Source of the DNA: Candidatus Micrarchaeota archaeon
GTDB lineage: Archaea > Micrarchaeota > Micrarchaeia > Anstonellales > Bilamarchaeaceae
Assembly (NCBI GenBank): GCA_040754495.1
Contig: JBFMCO010000022.1
Coordinates: forward strand, 18,233 to 82,232
Length of the DNA stretch: 64,000 bases
Reading direction: 5' to 3'
Of this stretch, positions 34,701 to 42,959 are shown in pieces. The notes beneath the pieces were generated by a model. That model made no database searches and had not been told where the DNA came from. It saw only the letters and a list, made by a program, of their open reading frames with translations. The translations under genes and the position numbers were made by a program. How positions within the stretch are numbered: position 1 is the first letter of the stretch; each line of letters starts with the position of its first letter.

Positions 34701-36658
34701 CGCTCCTCGGCGGCCCTGCCGCCGCAGACGTCGCAGCGCCGGTAATAGCCGAGGCGGCGGCATTTTTCGCATCGCAGCCTGGCGAGCTCCAGGTTGATCG
34801 TCTTCTCGCCCTCGGCACCCCTGAGGGCACGGTGGACCTTGCTCAGGCTCCGGTTCTTGAACGAGCCGGTCGGGAAGAGGACGTGCGGCGAGCCGTCCAT
34901 CTTCCTTTCCTTTGCCTTCTCCGGCCTGCCCATGCGCGCTCCTATATAAGTAGGAGCCTTGGCCTTGATGCGTATCTGGGAGGCCGCGTTCACGATTTCG
35001 AGCGCGCCCTTTGCGGCATCGTATGCCGCTTCGAAGCGGGAGAGGTCTATGCGGCCATCCGAAAGCGCCCCCAGCGAAGAGAGGAGCGCGTACGCGTCGT
35101 CGCCGTCAAGGATGACATTCCCGTCGTGCACCCTGTGCTCCGCGAGGAGCTCCTCCAGGGCCCTTTTCGCAGGCGATGGCGGAAGGACGAGCGAGCGGAG
35201 CCTGCCATCGTGCATCTCCAGCTTCCCGCCCTTGAGCCAGTCCGCCAGGGATTTGAGCTGGTCCGGCGACAGGTCGTGCCAGTGGAATGTGTAGCGCGGA
35301 TGTAGAGGCACGCCATGCGTCCGCGAGAATGCAAAAAGCCCCGGCGCGTCCATGGCGGCAGGAGGCTGGACTCCCTTGGATTCGAGCTCGCGCTCCCACC
35401 ACTCTTCGCAGTAGCCGGATGGCATGAGGGGGTGGTTGGACTTGTGGAAATCGCCGTACGTGCAGAGCAGGTCGCCCAGGAAAAGGATTTCTTCCACCTC
35501 GTCCTTGATGCCGTACGACTCCTCCAGCGTCCGCACCTTCATCACGCGCCCGCTTTTGAGCTTCACGACCGGCGGCTCGAGCCCCTCGTGCGCCGCGACC
35601 ACGCAGCCCTTCCCGGGGCGCTCTATCTTCATGTGAGTCCCGTAGGCCAGGAAGTTGTCGAGCAGTATCATCGTGGCAGGATGGACGTCCTTGCCCATGA
35701 GGCAGGTGGTCTTGCTCCTGCCGTAGCGCAACCGGAACCCGCCCTTGGCCGAAGGGTGGCTGAAGACCGGCCTCCCCGCTACAAGCCCTTCCATGTAGGT
35801 CCAGTCCGGCTTCACCTCGACCTTGTCCGCCTTTTTCTTTATCTTGATGATTTTCTCGAGCCAGTCCCAGCCCAGCTTGAGCTTCTTGGCGTATTTGAGG
35901 AGCTTGGCGGCCTTCGCTGCCACGCCCTCGCACATGACGAGGGGCACGCCGCCGCGCACGCGGTCCGTCTCCACTCCCGGCACCCCGCGGTAGGTCGAGA
36001 CCTCGATTTCCTCGGTCGGGTCGCCGTCTATGCAGACCGGGCAGTTGGATGCTATCACGCGCACGTCGTCCTCCGGCGGCATGTACTGGAGGTGGGTTAC
36101 GCGCGTCTCGTATGTCGTTACCTCCTCGTAGTATCTTGCAATCTGGGAGTCCGTGGCGCGGTAGTCCCCCACGCTGCATACGCGGCGCGCGATGTCGGCA
36201 AGCACCAGGCTGAGGGCGGCCGCAGTGCCTCCTGCGCTCCGGATGGGGCCCGCATAATAGACCGCCACGTAGTCGCTCCCGTCCGGGTTGCGCTTTATCC
36301 TCACTTTCGCTATGCCCTCGGTCGGGGCGACCAGGACGCCCTCGGTGAGTATGCCGAGGCCCGTCCTCACCGCCTGTTCGATGAGAAGCTCCTTGGACGC
36401 CTTCATCAGCTCGCCGCCGGCGATTTTGCGTGCGATTTCGAACGCGATGTCCTCGCGGCCCATGCCACCTTTTTCCATGTCCCGGATGAGATCTGCCACT
36501 CCGGGGGGGCCGACGATACCCTCCACGCGGGCGGCGATGTCCTTGGCTATCTTGACTTCTATGTCGTCGCTCGGGTCATAGCCGAGCCTCCTTGCCTCTG
36601 AGGCGACGGCGTATGCCTTCTGCAGCCCCTCGCGGAGCGTCTCCACATACTCTCCCAT
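31778..36658 (-). CDS. polC: DNA polymerase II (PolD) large subunit DP2, interrupted by an intein
   Basis: N-terminus MGEYVETLREGL..GPIRSAGGTAAALS. KRRN|C..|CDGDEDCVMLLMDALINFS flanks an approximately 511-aa insertion. 1,626 aa in total, about 1,115 aa without the insertion. Confidence 0.9.
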   Translation of the reverse strand: MGEYVETLREGLQKAYAVASEARRLGYDPSDDIEVKIAKDIAARVEGIVGPPGVADLIRDMEKGGMGREDIAFEIARKIAGGELMKASKELLIEQAVRTGLGILTEGVLVAPTEGIAKVRIKRNPDGSDYVAVYYAGPIRSAGGTAAALSLVLADIARRVCSVGDYRATDSQIARYYEEVTTYETRVTHLQYMPPEDDVRVIASNCPVCIDGDPTEEIEVSTYRGVPGVETDRVRGGVPLVMCEGVAAKAAKLLKYAKKLKLGWDWLEKIIKIKKKADKVEVKPDWTYMEGLVAGRPVFSHPSAKGGFRLRYGRSKTTCLMGKDVHPATMILLDNFLAYGTHMKIERPGKGCVVAAHEGLEPPVVKLKSGRVMKVRTLEESYGIKDEVEEILFLGDLLCTYGDFHKSNHPLMPSGYCEEWWERELESKGVQPPAAMDAPGLFAFSRTHGVPLHPRYTFHWHDLSPDQLKSLADWLKGGKLEMHDGRLRSLVLPPSPAKRALEELLAEHRVHDGNVILDGDDAYALLSSLGALSDGRIDLSRFEAAYDAAKGALEIVNAASQIRIKAKAPTYIGARMGRPEKAKERKMDGSPHVLFPTGSFKNRSLSKVHRALRGAEGEKTINLELARLRCEKCRRLGYYRRCDVCGGRAAEERICQKCGRICEYEIHCEMKTLSYDRRPVDIMELFERVKDRVGSSPEDVKGVKGLSNTIRIPERLEKGFLRAKHDVYVFRDGTSRFDATDIPLTHFTPDEVGISLDRARALGYAVDYLGKPLESGSQTLALRHQDIVLSENGAAYFMRVADFIDDMLINLYGMKPFYNVKSKDDLIGHLAVGLSPHTSAGVLCRIVGFNKANVGYGHPYFHTAKRRNCFHPATEIIIFDEHEKKYIKRALGDVTEEMFAKYPDRVKRLDAYTEKVEVPGTLYSFGIDLQSHKTIRKKIKCFIRAKAPDKWIKLTTTTHREITVTPDHNILCLNKGALSAVQAKDMTEGSDLPVCIKFNPHTIDDSRVLNLAKALSPLKKEEKEAIILRSKDFFKKIFYNHRDLLLRILPLNKIERRTPSRWYGRVPLSHFEILVEEGVCNFEDLPMDAKIAMKRDNLGLPVRIPIDEDLMLILGYFVSEGYARRSPSCYQVSFRVCNKIMQNRLIAAIKSVFMTNPYLGENGTQITMCSRIIHLLFDKVLKTGSNAYTKRVPNLVFSLPDRLVKSFISAYFDGDGSVIATPPRMHFYSVSQNLLEDFGTLLLRFGIFCRYGKTKPRLPGKKVLERYKELGKTPRLLSQRFISLYGTDLYAFANICAPSVKHKAERMSELRRNGLSSDARFIKYQNKLFTVVPQSDYIFDKVRSIEKFTDGVPAYCLDVEGQSLEEKNVLLNNQVFTIRCDGDEDCVMLLMDALINFSRRFLDEKRGGTMDAPLVLSIEINPKEVDDEAHCIEIVSRYPLEFYEAAERFAPPGEVKLKTVKDVLGTDEQYELPITHPGGTLDVGNIRTAYVELQSIPDKIDIQFRLQGRLRPVDRRDAAERLILSHFIPDLYGNLRSFSRQTFRCVSCNTIFRRVPLAGKCARCGGNLLLTINKGGIEKYLEISRDICDRYDLPSYLKQRLVLVEREIKSIFEDDKVKQMGLSDFL
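32522..34054 (-). mobile_element. Intein in PolD DP2 with an embedded LAGLIDADG homing-endonuclease domain
   Basis: Starts CFHPATEIIIFD directly after KRRN. Contains ILGYFVSEGYARR and ISAYFDGDGSV. Ends ..VLLNNQVFTIR before CDGDED. The lower-GC island at about 32700-34050 matches. The C-terminal junction is uncertain because there is no terminal HN. Confidence 0.7.
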
Positions 36659-36745
36659 CAGTCCGCCCTGGAAAATTCGAATACCAATTTAAACATGAGC
36701 AAATTAAATAACTCTGCTCTTCCGGCAGAGGCCGGAGGCTCTTTC

Positions 36746-36960
36746 GCCGAGGTAGCTCAGTCGGCTAGAGTGCTCGACTCATAGGTAAAGTCCGATGAGT
36801 GATGAGGTCTGAGACCGATGATATTAGCGCACTCAACTGAGACATCGAGAGGTCGGGGATTCGAAACGGTCTCCTGCAGCCCGCATCCGGCATCCAGAAC
36901 CCGAAACGGCTGGTTGCTGGCGACTGGTTGCTGGAAACCGCGAACCTTCCCCCCTCGGCA
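36746..36960 (+). tRNA. Elongator tRNA-Met(CAU), or possibly tRNA-Ile2, with two introns: canonical 37/38 and within the T-loop
   Basis: Acceptor GCCGAGG/CCUCGGC with discriminator A (G1:C72). D-arm GCUC-AGUCGGCUA-GAGU. Anticodon stem CUCGA/UCGAG, loop CUCAUA|about 60-nt intron|A. GGGGA-UUCGAAA|about 80-nt intron|UCCCC. Reconstructed by hand. Confidence 0.6.
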
Positions 36961-37105
36961 TTTTTCCACTGGTTTACAGTTTCCGGTCCCGGGTTTTCAC
37001 TTGGGAAAAATGCCGGCCCTTGGAGCCGCAGCTCCAAGCGGACGGCAAGCAAAACATATATACGCTTTTTCTCCGATTGACATCCCGCGACCAAAAGGTG
37101 AGACT

Positions 37106-37345
37106 ATGGAACTTCGGAAATGCGAAAGCTGCGGCATGGCTATGGTAAGGCTCTCTGACTTCGGCGGCATGAAGAACGACAACAGGTACTGCAAGCACTG
37201 CGCTTACGACAACGGCGACCTGCGCCCCAGGCACGAGGTGCGCGAGGGGATGATACTCTACTACATGAAGACCAAGGGGAAGGACCGCAGGAGCGCGGAG
37301 GAGTACGTTGACGAAGTGATGGCCGGCCAGCCCGCCTGGCAGTAG
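37106..37345 (+). CDS. Small zinc-ribbon protein (79 aa) with two CxxC pairs
   Basis: CESCG..CKHCAY. The longer listed ORF (36818) overlaps the tRNA and was trimmed to the Met at 37106. Confidence 0.5.
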   Translation: MELRKCESCGMAMVRLSDFGGMKNDNRYCKHCAYDNGDLRPRHEVREGMILYYMKTKGKDRRSAEEYVDEVMAGQPAWQ

Positions 37346-37434
37346 TGGCAGAGAGAAAAGTTTTCTGTCGCAAGGATTCCGGCGTGAAAACAACCATTTA
37401 TAATTTGTTGATGCGTTTAGCGTAAGGGATTCCC

Positions 37435-37608
37435 ATGACAGACGAAATCAAATTCCCGGCTCCTGAGGGCGGATTGGCCGTGCCGGCCGAGGTGCTTTCG
37501 GAAGCCCAGAAAATAAAGAAAGGCATCTGCCCTTCGTGCGACGGCAGCCTCGTCTTCCAGGAAGGCTGCAAGGTCTGCTATTCCTGCGGCTGGGGCGGCT
37601 GCGAGTAA
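37435..37608 (+). CDS. Very small zinc-ribbon peptide (57 aa) with CxxC..CxxC..C
   Basis: MTDEIKFPAPEG..CPSCDGSLVFQEGCKVCYSCGWGGCE. Below the ORF-track length cut-off; hand-translated. Confidence 0.35.
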   Translation: MTDEIKFPAPEGGLAVPAEVLSEAQKIKKGICPSCDGSLVFQEGCKVCYSCGWGGCE

Positions 37609-37672
37609 TTCTTGAAAAATCCCTTCGGGATTTTTATTGTTTTCCCTGCTATCCAGTTCCGATGGTGATTGC

Positions 37673-37966
37673 ATGGGGCTCAAGGAACTGAAGCCGGACA
37701 TAGTGAAGGCGTATTTCGATTTCAGCAAGCTCGTCGACAAGACTGACAAGCTCAGCCAGAAGGAGAAGGAGCTGATAGCGGTCGGCGTCTCGCATGCACT
37801 GCTTTGCAGCTTCTGCATAGAGGACCATGTGCAGAAGGCCAGGGTAGCTGGCGCGACTGAAGAGGAGATTGCCGAGGCGATACTGGTAGCCGCGAAGGTA
37901 AGGGCAGGCTCCGCGCTTACATACGCCCAGAAATATGCCTTCAGGAACGAGCCGCCCAAAGGCTAA
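37673..37966 (+). CDS. Carboxymuconolactone decarboxylase / AhpD-like family protein
   Basis: GVSHALLCSFCIEDHVQKA matches the CxxCxxxH motif of the AhpD core. The opposite-strand ORF 37417..37959 was rejected. Confidence 0.65.
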   Translation: MGLKELKPDIVKAYFDFSKLVDKTDKLSQKEKELIAVGVSHALLCSFCIEDHVQKARVAGATEEEIAEAILVAAKVRAGSALTYAQKYAFRNEPPKG

Positions 37967-37996
37967 TTAATCCCTTTTACCAAGTATTTTTTCATT

Positions 37997-38165
37997 GGGC
38001 TCGTAGCTCAGCATCTTGAGGGAAAAGCGCCTAACAATGGGTTTTGGCCCAGCTTTTCCCAAAAGCTGGAAGCAGAGCACTCGCCTTGCAGTTTCCTCGA
38101 AACCGGAAACGGGAAACAGGAGACCGGAACGCGAGGGGCCGGGGGTGCGAGTCCCCCCGAGTCCA
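37997..38165 (+). tRNA. tRNA-Ala(UGC)-like with two introns (D-loop and canonical 37/38) and an atypical T-loop (UGCGAGU)
   Basis: Acceptor GGGCUCG/CGAGUCC with discriminator A. GCUCAGC|about 56-nt intron|UGGAAGCAGAGC. Anticodon stem CUCGC/GCGAG, loop CUUGCA|about 39-nt intron|C. T-stem GGGGG/CCCCC. Confidence 0.55.
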
Positions 38166-38235
38166 TTTTCTCATTTTGAACCATATGGAAACACTTAAAA
38201 AGCGTAATATACACAATACCCCTAGAGTGGTACTT

Positions 38236-38937
38236 ATGAAGCTTGTTCACGAGCAGGACCGCAAGAAGGACGAGGACAAGGGCATCCCGAAGGGGAAGGC
38301 GCCGCTTCTCGAGGAGATAGGCGGCACCGGGGGATTTTCCAGGAAGGGCTTTGTTCTGGCGGCAGCCGCTGCAGCCATTATCGCGGGCAAGTCCGGCTGC
38401 ACTTACGAAATCGGCGGCGTGCCCGTCCCTGAAGAGGAGGACGGGGGCAACGATGCCGGAGGGGCGGATGCCGATGTAGACGGAGGCGAGGTCACCGACG
38501 GCGGGCATGACGAGGACGCGGGCATGGACGGCGGTCCGGACGCGGATGTCGACGGCGGAGAGACGGATGGCGGCGTCACGGACGGCGGAGAGACCGACGG
38601 TGGCGTAGAAGACGGCGGGACCGATGGCGGCGCTGATGCCGGCGGCCCGCTCTGCGCGGGAGTATACAACGAAGTTGTCGTCAACGGACCTTTCGACAGG
38701 AACGTTGATACGGAAGTCGGCGGGTACTACTTCAGATACCTGTCCTACACGACGACCACGGTCACGATGGACATCCGCTGCGGCTCGGACAGCTCGTTGG
38801 TCGAGGCCGCCCATGTGTTCACTGTCGGCGTGGAGGGCACGATAAACGTCCCTGCCGACAGCAAGAGGATACGCGTCACCGTGAACAGCAAGAACACGTT
38901 CACCGCGAACTGCGATGTAACGGTGGAGAACCTGTAG
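38236..38937 (+). CDS. Predicted lipoprotein, GDT-repeat family member 1: signal anchor plus lipobox, Gly/Asp/Thr-rich linker and a conserved ~95-aa C-terminal domain
   Basis: IIAGKSGC lipobox-like. DGGETDGGVTDGG repeats. C-terminus GPLCAGVYNE..IRCGSDSS..VPADSKRIRVTVNSKNTFTANCDVTVENL. The start was trimmed from 38044, which overlaps tRNA-Ala. Confidence 0.65.
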   Translation: MKLVHEQDRKKDEDKGIPKGKAPLLEEIGGTGGFSRKGFVLAAAAAAIIAGKSGCTYEIGGVPVPEEEDGGNDAGGADADVDGGEVTDGGHDEDAGMDGGPDADVDGGETDGGVTDGGETDGGVEDGGTDGGADAGGPLCAGVYNEVVVNGPFDRNVDTEVGGYYFRYLSYTTTTVTMDIRCGSDSSLVEAAHVFTVGVEGTINVPADSKRIRVTVNSKNTFTANCDVTVENL

Positions 38938-38946
38938 GGTGATTTA

Positions 38947-39540
38947 TTGAGATTGCAGCCCCGGAATGAGGAACACAAGGAAGAAAAGAAGGAAGGATTC
39001 GCGAGAGAGCCCCTTCTCGAGAGGGCAGGGAAGAAGGCGGGAATAGCCCTCCTCGCAGCCGGACTTGCCGCAGGCTGCACGTATCAGAGCAGCAGCCTCC
39101 CCAGTGGTGATGGCGGAACTGACGCCCACCAGGATGCCGGCATGGACGGCGGCGCCGATGCAGGACCGGACCTCGATGCGGGACCGGATTCCGGTCTTCC
39201 GGATGCGGGAACGGATGCAGGTTTCGATGCCGGCACGGACGGCGGAGGGCCGCTGTGCGTAGGCGTCTTCAACGAGGCAGTGGTCAATGGGGCCTTCGAC
39301 AAGAACGTGCCGAGGGCCGTGGGCGGATACAGCTTCAATTACACGGCTTACACCACGAGCACAATCACCATGGACATCCGCTGCGGCTCGGACAGCTCGG
39401 GCGTAGCGCTCGGCCAGGTCTTCACTGTCGGAGTCGAGGCCGTAATAGACGTCCCTGCCGACAGCAAGAGGATACGCGTCACCGTGAACAGCAAGAACAC
39501 GTTCACCGCGAACTGCGATGTGACCGTGGAAAACCTCTAG
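38947..39540 (+). CDS. Predicted lipoprotein, family member 2
   Basis: LAAGLAAGC lipobox. D/G/A-rich linker. Its C-terminal domain is near-identical to member 1, and the last ~90 nt are almost identical. Confidence 0.65.
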   Translation: MRLQPRNEEHKEEKKEGFAREPLLERAGKKAGIALLAAGLAAGCTYQSSSLPSGDGGTDAHQDAGMDGGADAGPDLDAGPDSGLPDAGTDAGFDAGTDGGGPLCVGVFNEAVVNGAFDKNVPRAVGGYSFNYTAYTTSTITMDIRCGSDSSGVALGQVFTVGVEAVIDVPADSKRIRVTVNSKNTFTANCDVTVENL

Positions 39541-39650
39541 CCTACCCTTATCCCTTTATTCTTATCGCTCCATGCTTCTTATGCGGTCATGATGAGAAGA
39601 GGTATTCCTGAATGATGATGGGACGTCAGAGCTGAACCGCACAGATTTCC

Positions 39651-40175
39651 ATGGAGAAGAAGGCAGAGGGGATTGTAGAGATCGTTTCGGCAGCAGCCAT
39701 CGCCGGAGCTGTCCTTTATTTCTCGAGCGACATATCGGCCCTCGGCTCCTATGGGTATGCCGGGGCATTCCTCATAGCGATGCTCAGTTCGGCCACGATA
39801 ATATTCCCTGCGCCAGGCTGGGCTGCGGTGGTGGCCCTCAGCGGCACCCTGGACCCCCTTCTTCTTGGCATAGTGGTGGGGGCGGGCTCCGCCATCGGCG
39901 AGATTACGGGCTACCTTGCCGGCGACGGCGTGCGGGACATCATGAACAGCCGGCTGAAGGAGGCCAGGAAGTTCGAGGATTTCGTGAAAAAATACGGAAT
40001 CATGGCGATAGCCGTGCTAGCGTTCATACCCAACCCCCTATTCGACATAGCCGGGATTATAGCAGGCGGGCTGAGGATACCGTGGTGGAAGTACCTACTC
40101 TCATGCGCTGCAGGCCGGATAATCAGGTATGTGCTCCTTGCTTACATCGGGGCGTTCACGATAGGCCTGCTCTAG
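39651..40175 (+). CDS. DedA / SNARE-associated (VTT-domain) membrane protein
   Basis: FLIAMLSSATIIFPAPGWAAVVALSG..LYFSS, typical DedA organisation. Confidence 0.7.
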   Translation: MEKKAEGIVEIVSAAAIAGAVLYFSSDISALGSYGYAGAFLIAMLSSATIIFPAPGWAAVVALSGTLDPLLLGIVVGAGSAIGEITGYLAGDGVRDIMNSRLKEARKFEDFVKKYGIMAIAVLAFIPNPLFDIAGIIAGGLRIPWWKYLLSCAAGRIIRYVLLAYIGAFTIGLL

Positions 40176-40295
40176 CCTGATGGGAACGTATATAAAGAGG
40201 GAAAAACATAATTATCTGCTTAAAAAAGGGACAAAGTTCGCAAGAAATCTGTTTCTGCGGCCCTTTTTGATACAAAATTACAGGGAGGTGGGGAG

Positions 40296-40751
40296 ATGAA
40301 GATGGGGGCAATAGACCTGGATATCCTGCGGGAGCTGCGCGAGAACTCAGACAGGCCGGTGCGGGAGCTTGCCAAGAAGATGGGATTGCACCCGAACACC
40401 CTGCTGCAGCACATAAGGAAGATGGAGAGCAGCGGCATCATCGTGAAGTATACGGCAGAGATAGACTACACCAAGCTCGGCTACGACCTGCAGGCTCTTG
40501 TGATGATAAAGGTCGGCAAGGAGGTCCGGAGCGACTGGAAGGTTCTCGATGAGCTGCGCGCGTTCAAGGACGTCTCGGCGCTCTATGCGATAACCGGGGG
40601 CTACGACCTTTGCGCCATCGTGAAGACGAAGAACAGGGAAACGCTCGCAAACCTGCTCTCCGAGATAAACAAGAGGCCGTACGTGGTCGAGACGAACACG
40701 ACGCTCATGCTCCACGCTTTCAAGCACGCGTACGAGTTCAACCCGCTCTGA
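40296..40751 (+). CDS. Lrp/AsnC-family transcriptional regulator
   Basis: DLDILRELRENSDRPVRELAKKMGLHPNTLLQHIRKMESSGII followed by a RAM domain. Confidence 0.8.
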   Translation: MKMGAIDLDILRELRENSDRPVRELAKKMGLHPNTLLQHIRKMESSGIIVKYTAEIDYTKLGYDLQALVMIKVGKEVRSDWKVLDELRAFKDVSALYAITGGYDLCAIVKTKNRETLANLLSEINKRPYVVETNTTLMLHAFKHAYEFNPL

Positions 40752-40754
40752 GGC

Positions 40755-41690
40755 TCAGTCCTTGTGGAATACCATGCCATACATGTCATGGTATTCGTCT
40801 ATCCTCTTCCGCATCAGCGTGGCAGGCACATAGTGGAATCCGGTGAGCTGGAAGATGGAGCTGATTTCAGGAATCTGGAGGACGGTGACGGCGATGCGTA
40901 TAAGCCTGGCCAGCTTCTGGACTTCATTGTCATCCGGATGGAGGTCCGTCCTGACGACAAGGGGCGACTCCTCGATGGAAATGAGCCTGCCTCCAGGGGG
41001 GAGCGTGTTGAAAAGCATGCTGGCGACGTTGCATTTCTCATCCGAGCCCCTGATCCAGTGCATGACGTAAGACAGGATGGCGGTCCTTACTTCCCCGCCG
41101 TCCTCCACCTCGCGGAGGTCCTTTGCGTCCCTGCACTCGAAGCGGACACGCAAGAGCTCCAGCTCCCGCACCATCAGCTGCATTTTCCGCCCGTCGTCGG
41201 AGTCAACGATGTGGAGCGATGCGGGGTGGATGCCCGGGGATACGAAAGGCATGGACTCGATGAGCCTCTGCATCGCATTCCTCACGTTGGCCCGTGCCAG
41301 GCCGAGCATCACTTCCGACATGTCCAGCAGTATGAACTTGAGGGGGAGCTTCGGCACCTGGAGCAGGCTGTCCTGTGTGGAGAGGACTTCTGCGGACATG
41401 CTCACCATGAGGTTAGCGGAAAGGACGCCGGTGCCGCATCCCAGTTCCGCAATCGGGCCGGCCGAATGCCCTTCGGCGACATAGTTCCTGAGAATCTCGA
41501 GCGCAATCGGGTGGTGGCTTTCGCGCATCCATTCATCGTAGCGCGGCGCGAACCTTTCCGTAGCCCGGAGCACGGTTGCCAGGGTCGGCGGTTTCATGAG
41601 ACGGGCGTCCGGCGAGCGGCTTATGATAAGCGGCATCGGCCTTCCTGAAGCCATAGAATTGCCGCCTGCGTCCCCTCCCATTATACCCAC
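40755..41690 (-). CDS. Class I SAM-dependent methyltransferase
   Basis: ELGCGTGVLS motif I. Confidence 0.6.
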   Translation of the reverse strand: MGIMGGDAGGNSMASGRPMPLIISRSPDARLMKPPTLATVLRATERFAPRYDEWMRESHHPIALEILRNYVAEGHSAGPIAELGCGTGVLSANLMVSMSAEVLSTQDSLLQVPKLPLKFILLDMSEVMLGLARANVRNAMQRLIESMPFVSPGIHPASLHIVDSDDGRKMQLMVRELELLRVRFECRDAKDLREVEDGGEVRTAILSYVMHWIRGSDEKCNVASMLFNTLPPGGRLISIEESPLVVRTDLHPDDNEVQKLARLIRIAVTVLQIPEISSIFQLTGFHYVPATLMRKRIDEYHDMYGMVFHKD

Positions 41691-41730
41691 AGGGATATAT
41701 GTTCTACCATTTATTTAAAAAGGCTTCCGC

Positions 41731-42687
41731 TCAGGAGGGTTTCTTGAAGCAGAGGCAGCGCATCTCGCCCCAGTAATCCGGAGGCAGGCCCGGGCCGCGG
41801 AGCACCTCGGCCAGGCGGACCACTTCCACCCGCGTCTCGGCCGCGGCCTGCATGTCGGTCTCGGCCACCCGGGCTATCCACTTGTCCCTCACCCAGCCGG
41901 AAACATCCTCGCTCATGTCGAGCGGGCGGCTTATGAATGCCAGGAGCTTGGCGCCTTCGGAGCCGACGACGCCGTAGGGAAGGGGCAGCCATGGGTAGAC
42001 GTCCATAATTATGAACCGCCCGCCGTCCCTCAGGAGGTCGAACGCATTCGTCATCACGGCCCCCCTGCTCGCCAGCGTCTGGAAAGAGCCCCACCAGAGG
42101 ACTATGTCGAACATGGCCGGCTTCACCACCGGGCTTTCCCGGACGAGGCCCTCCATGGAGAGGTCGATTGACGCCATCGTGACGGCCTTCCCGTCCGGCC
42201 TGATGAACTCCGCCAGGTTCGACCTCGCTATTAGGTTCAGCTCGGGCGACACCTCGTTGGCGAATACGCGCAGGCCCGAGTTAGCGGTGTGGAGGAGATA
42301 GCGCGACACCATCCCGGTGCCGCAGGTGGCATCAAGGATGAGTTTCGCGTGGTTGATGTCAGGCACGAGGGACCGGAGCTTCATCCAGTTGACCGCGATA
42401 GCGGTATACTGGCCCGTCAAATCCATGAAGACGTCGAGGGAGCTCCCGCCGCCCTCGTGCGGGCGGGCCAGATACCCGCCCGTGGTAACCCGGACGGCCC
42501 CGAAGCCTCTTTCGCGCAGGACTTCATCTTCGTGCTGGCTTCCGTTTCCGAAAAGCGCGGGTGATTCTTCCACAAGCGGGGCAGCGCCGCCGCCTGCGCG
42601 GCGCAGGCCGGAGATGGGGACGCTCCGCTCGCCCTGGACTACGAACACGCGCTGGGGCTTCCTGAAACGTTCCGGCATATCACCCAC
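41731..42687 (-). CDS. Class I SAM-dependent methyltransferase, adjacent to the previous one
   Basis: LDATCGTGMVS motif I. Confidence 0.6.
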   Translation of the reverse strand: MGDMPERFRKPQRVFVVQGERSVPISGLRRAGGGAAPLVEESPALFGNGSQHEDEVLRERGFGAVRVTTGGYLARPHEGGGSSLDVFMDLTGQYTAIAVNWMKLRSLVPDINHAKLILDATCGTGMVSRYLLHTANSGLRVFANEVSPELNLIARSNLAEFIRPDGKAVTMASIDLSMEGLVRESPVVKPAMFDIVLWWGSFQTLASRGAVMTNAFDLLRDGGRFIIMDVYPWLPLPYGVVGSEGAKLLAFISRPLDMSEDVSGWVRDKWIARVAETDMQAAAETRVEVVRLAEVLRGPGLPPDYWGEMRCLCFKKPS

Positions 42688-42816
42688 TCGGGACTTTATT
42701 AGACTGGAAAGGTATTTAAGTTATTATATATGTCGCGTCTTGGATAATAACGCGTTGCACCCGGAAAACAGAACTCGGGCCCGGGGCACTGAACCGGAAA
42801 CCGGCTGCCGGGGGCT

Positions 42817-42853
42817 GGATGCAGGAAAAAAATAGCGGGGGGTAGATTTGAAC
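42817..42853. repeat. 37-bp direct repeat, copy 1: a partial duplicate of the initiator-tRNA 3' end plus its oligo-T flank
   Basis: ggatgcaggaaaaaaatagcggggggtagatttgaac is identical to 42960..42996. Confidence 0.8.
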
Positions 42854-42959
42854 CCCCAGCCTTTTTATAATCGGAATCCTGGCCCCGGAGAAAAAGGCTA
42901 GGGTTAACCCAAAAACCAGTTTCTCGGAACCCTGAACCCGAAACGGGAAACCGGAAACA

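Noticed and set aside
32081-36601. Plus-strand ORFs (32081..32794, 34307..35305, 35315..36601) inside the PolD gene
   Set aside because: They are antisense to a confidently identified DP2 gene and have Arg/Gly/Ala-rich composition.
36818-37105. 5' extension of ORF 36818..37345
   Set aside because: It overlaps the 3' half of the tRNA-Met gene. The zinc-ribbon protein is complete from the Met at 37106.
38008-38814. Minus-strand ORFs 38008..38814 and 38403..38684 opposite lipoprotein member 1, and 38044..38235, the sense extension across tRNA-Ala
   Set aside because: They are antisense to, or overlap, a tRNA gene. Pro/Ser/Thr-rich translations are the mirror of the GDT linker.
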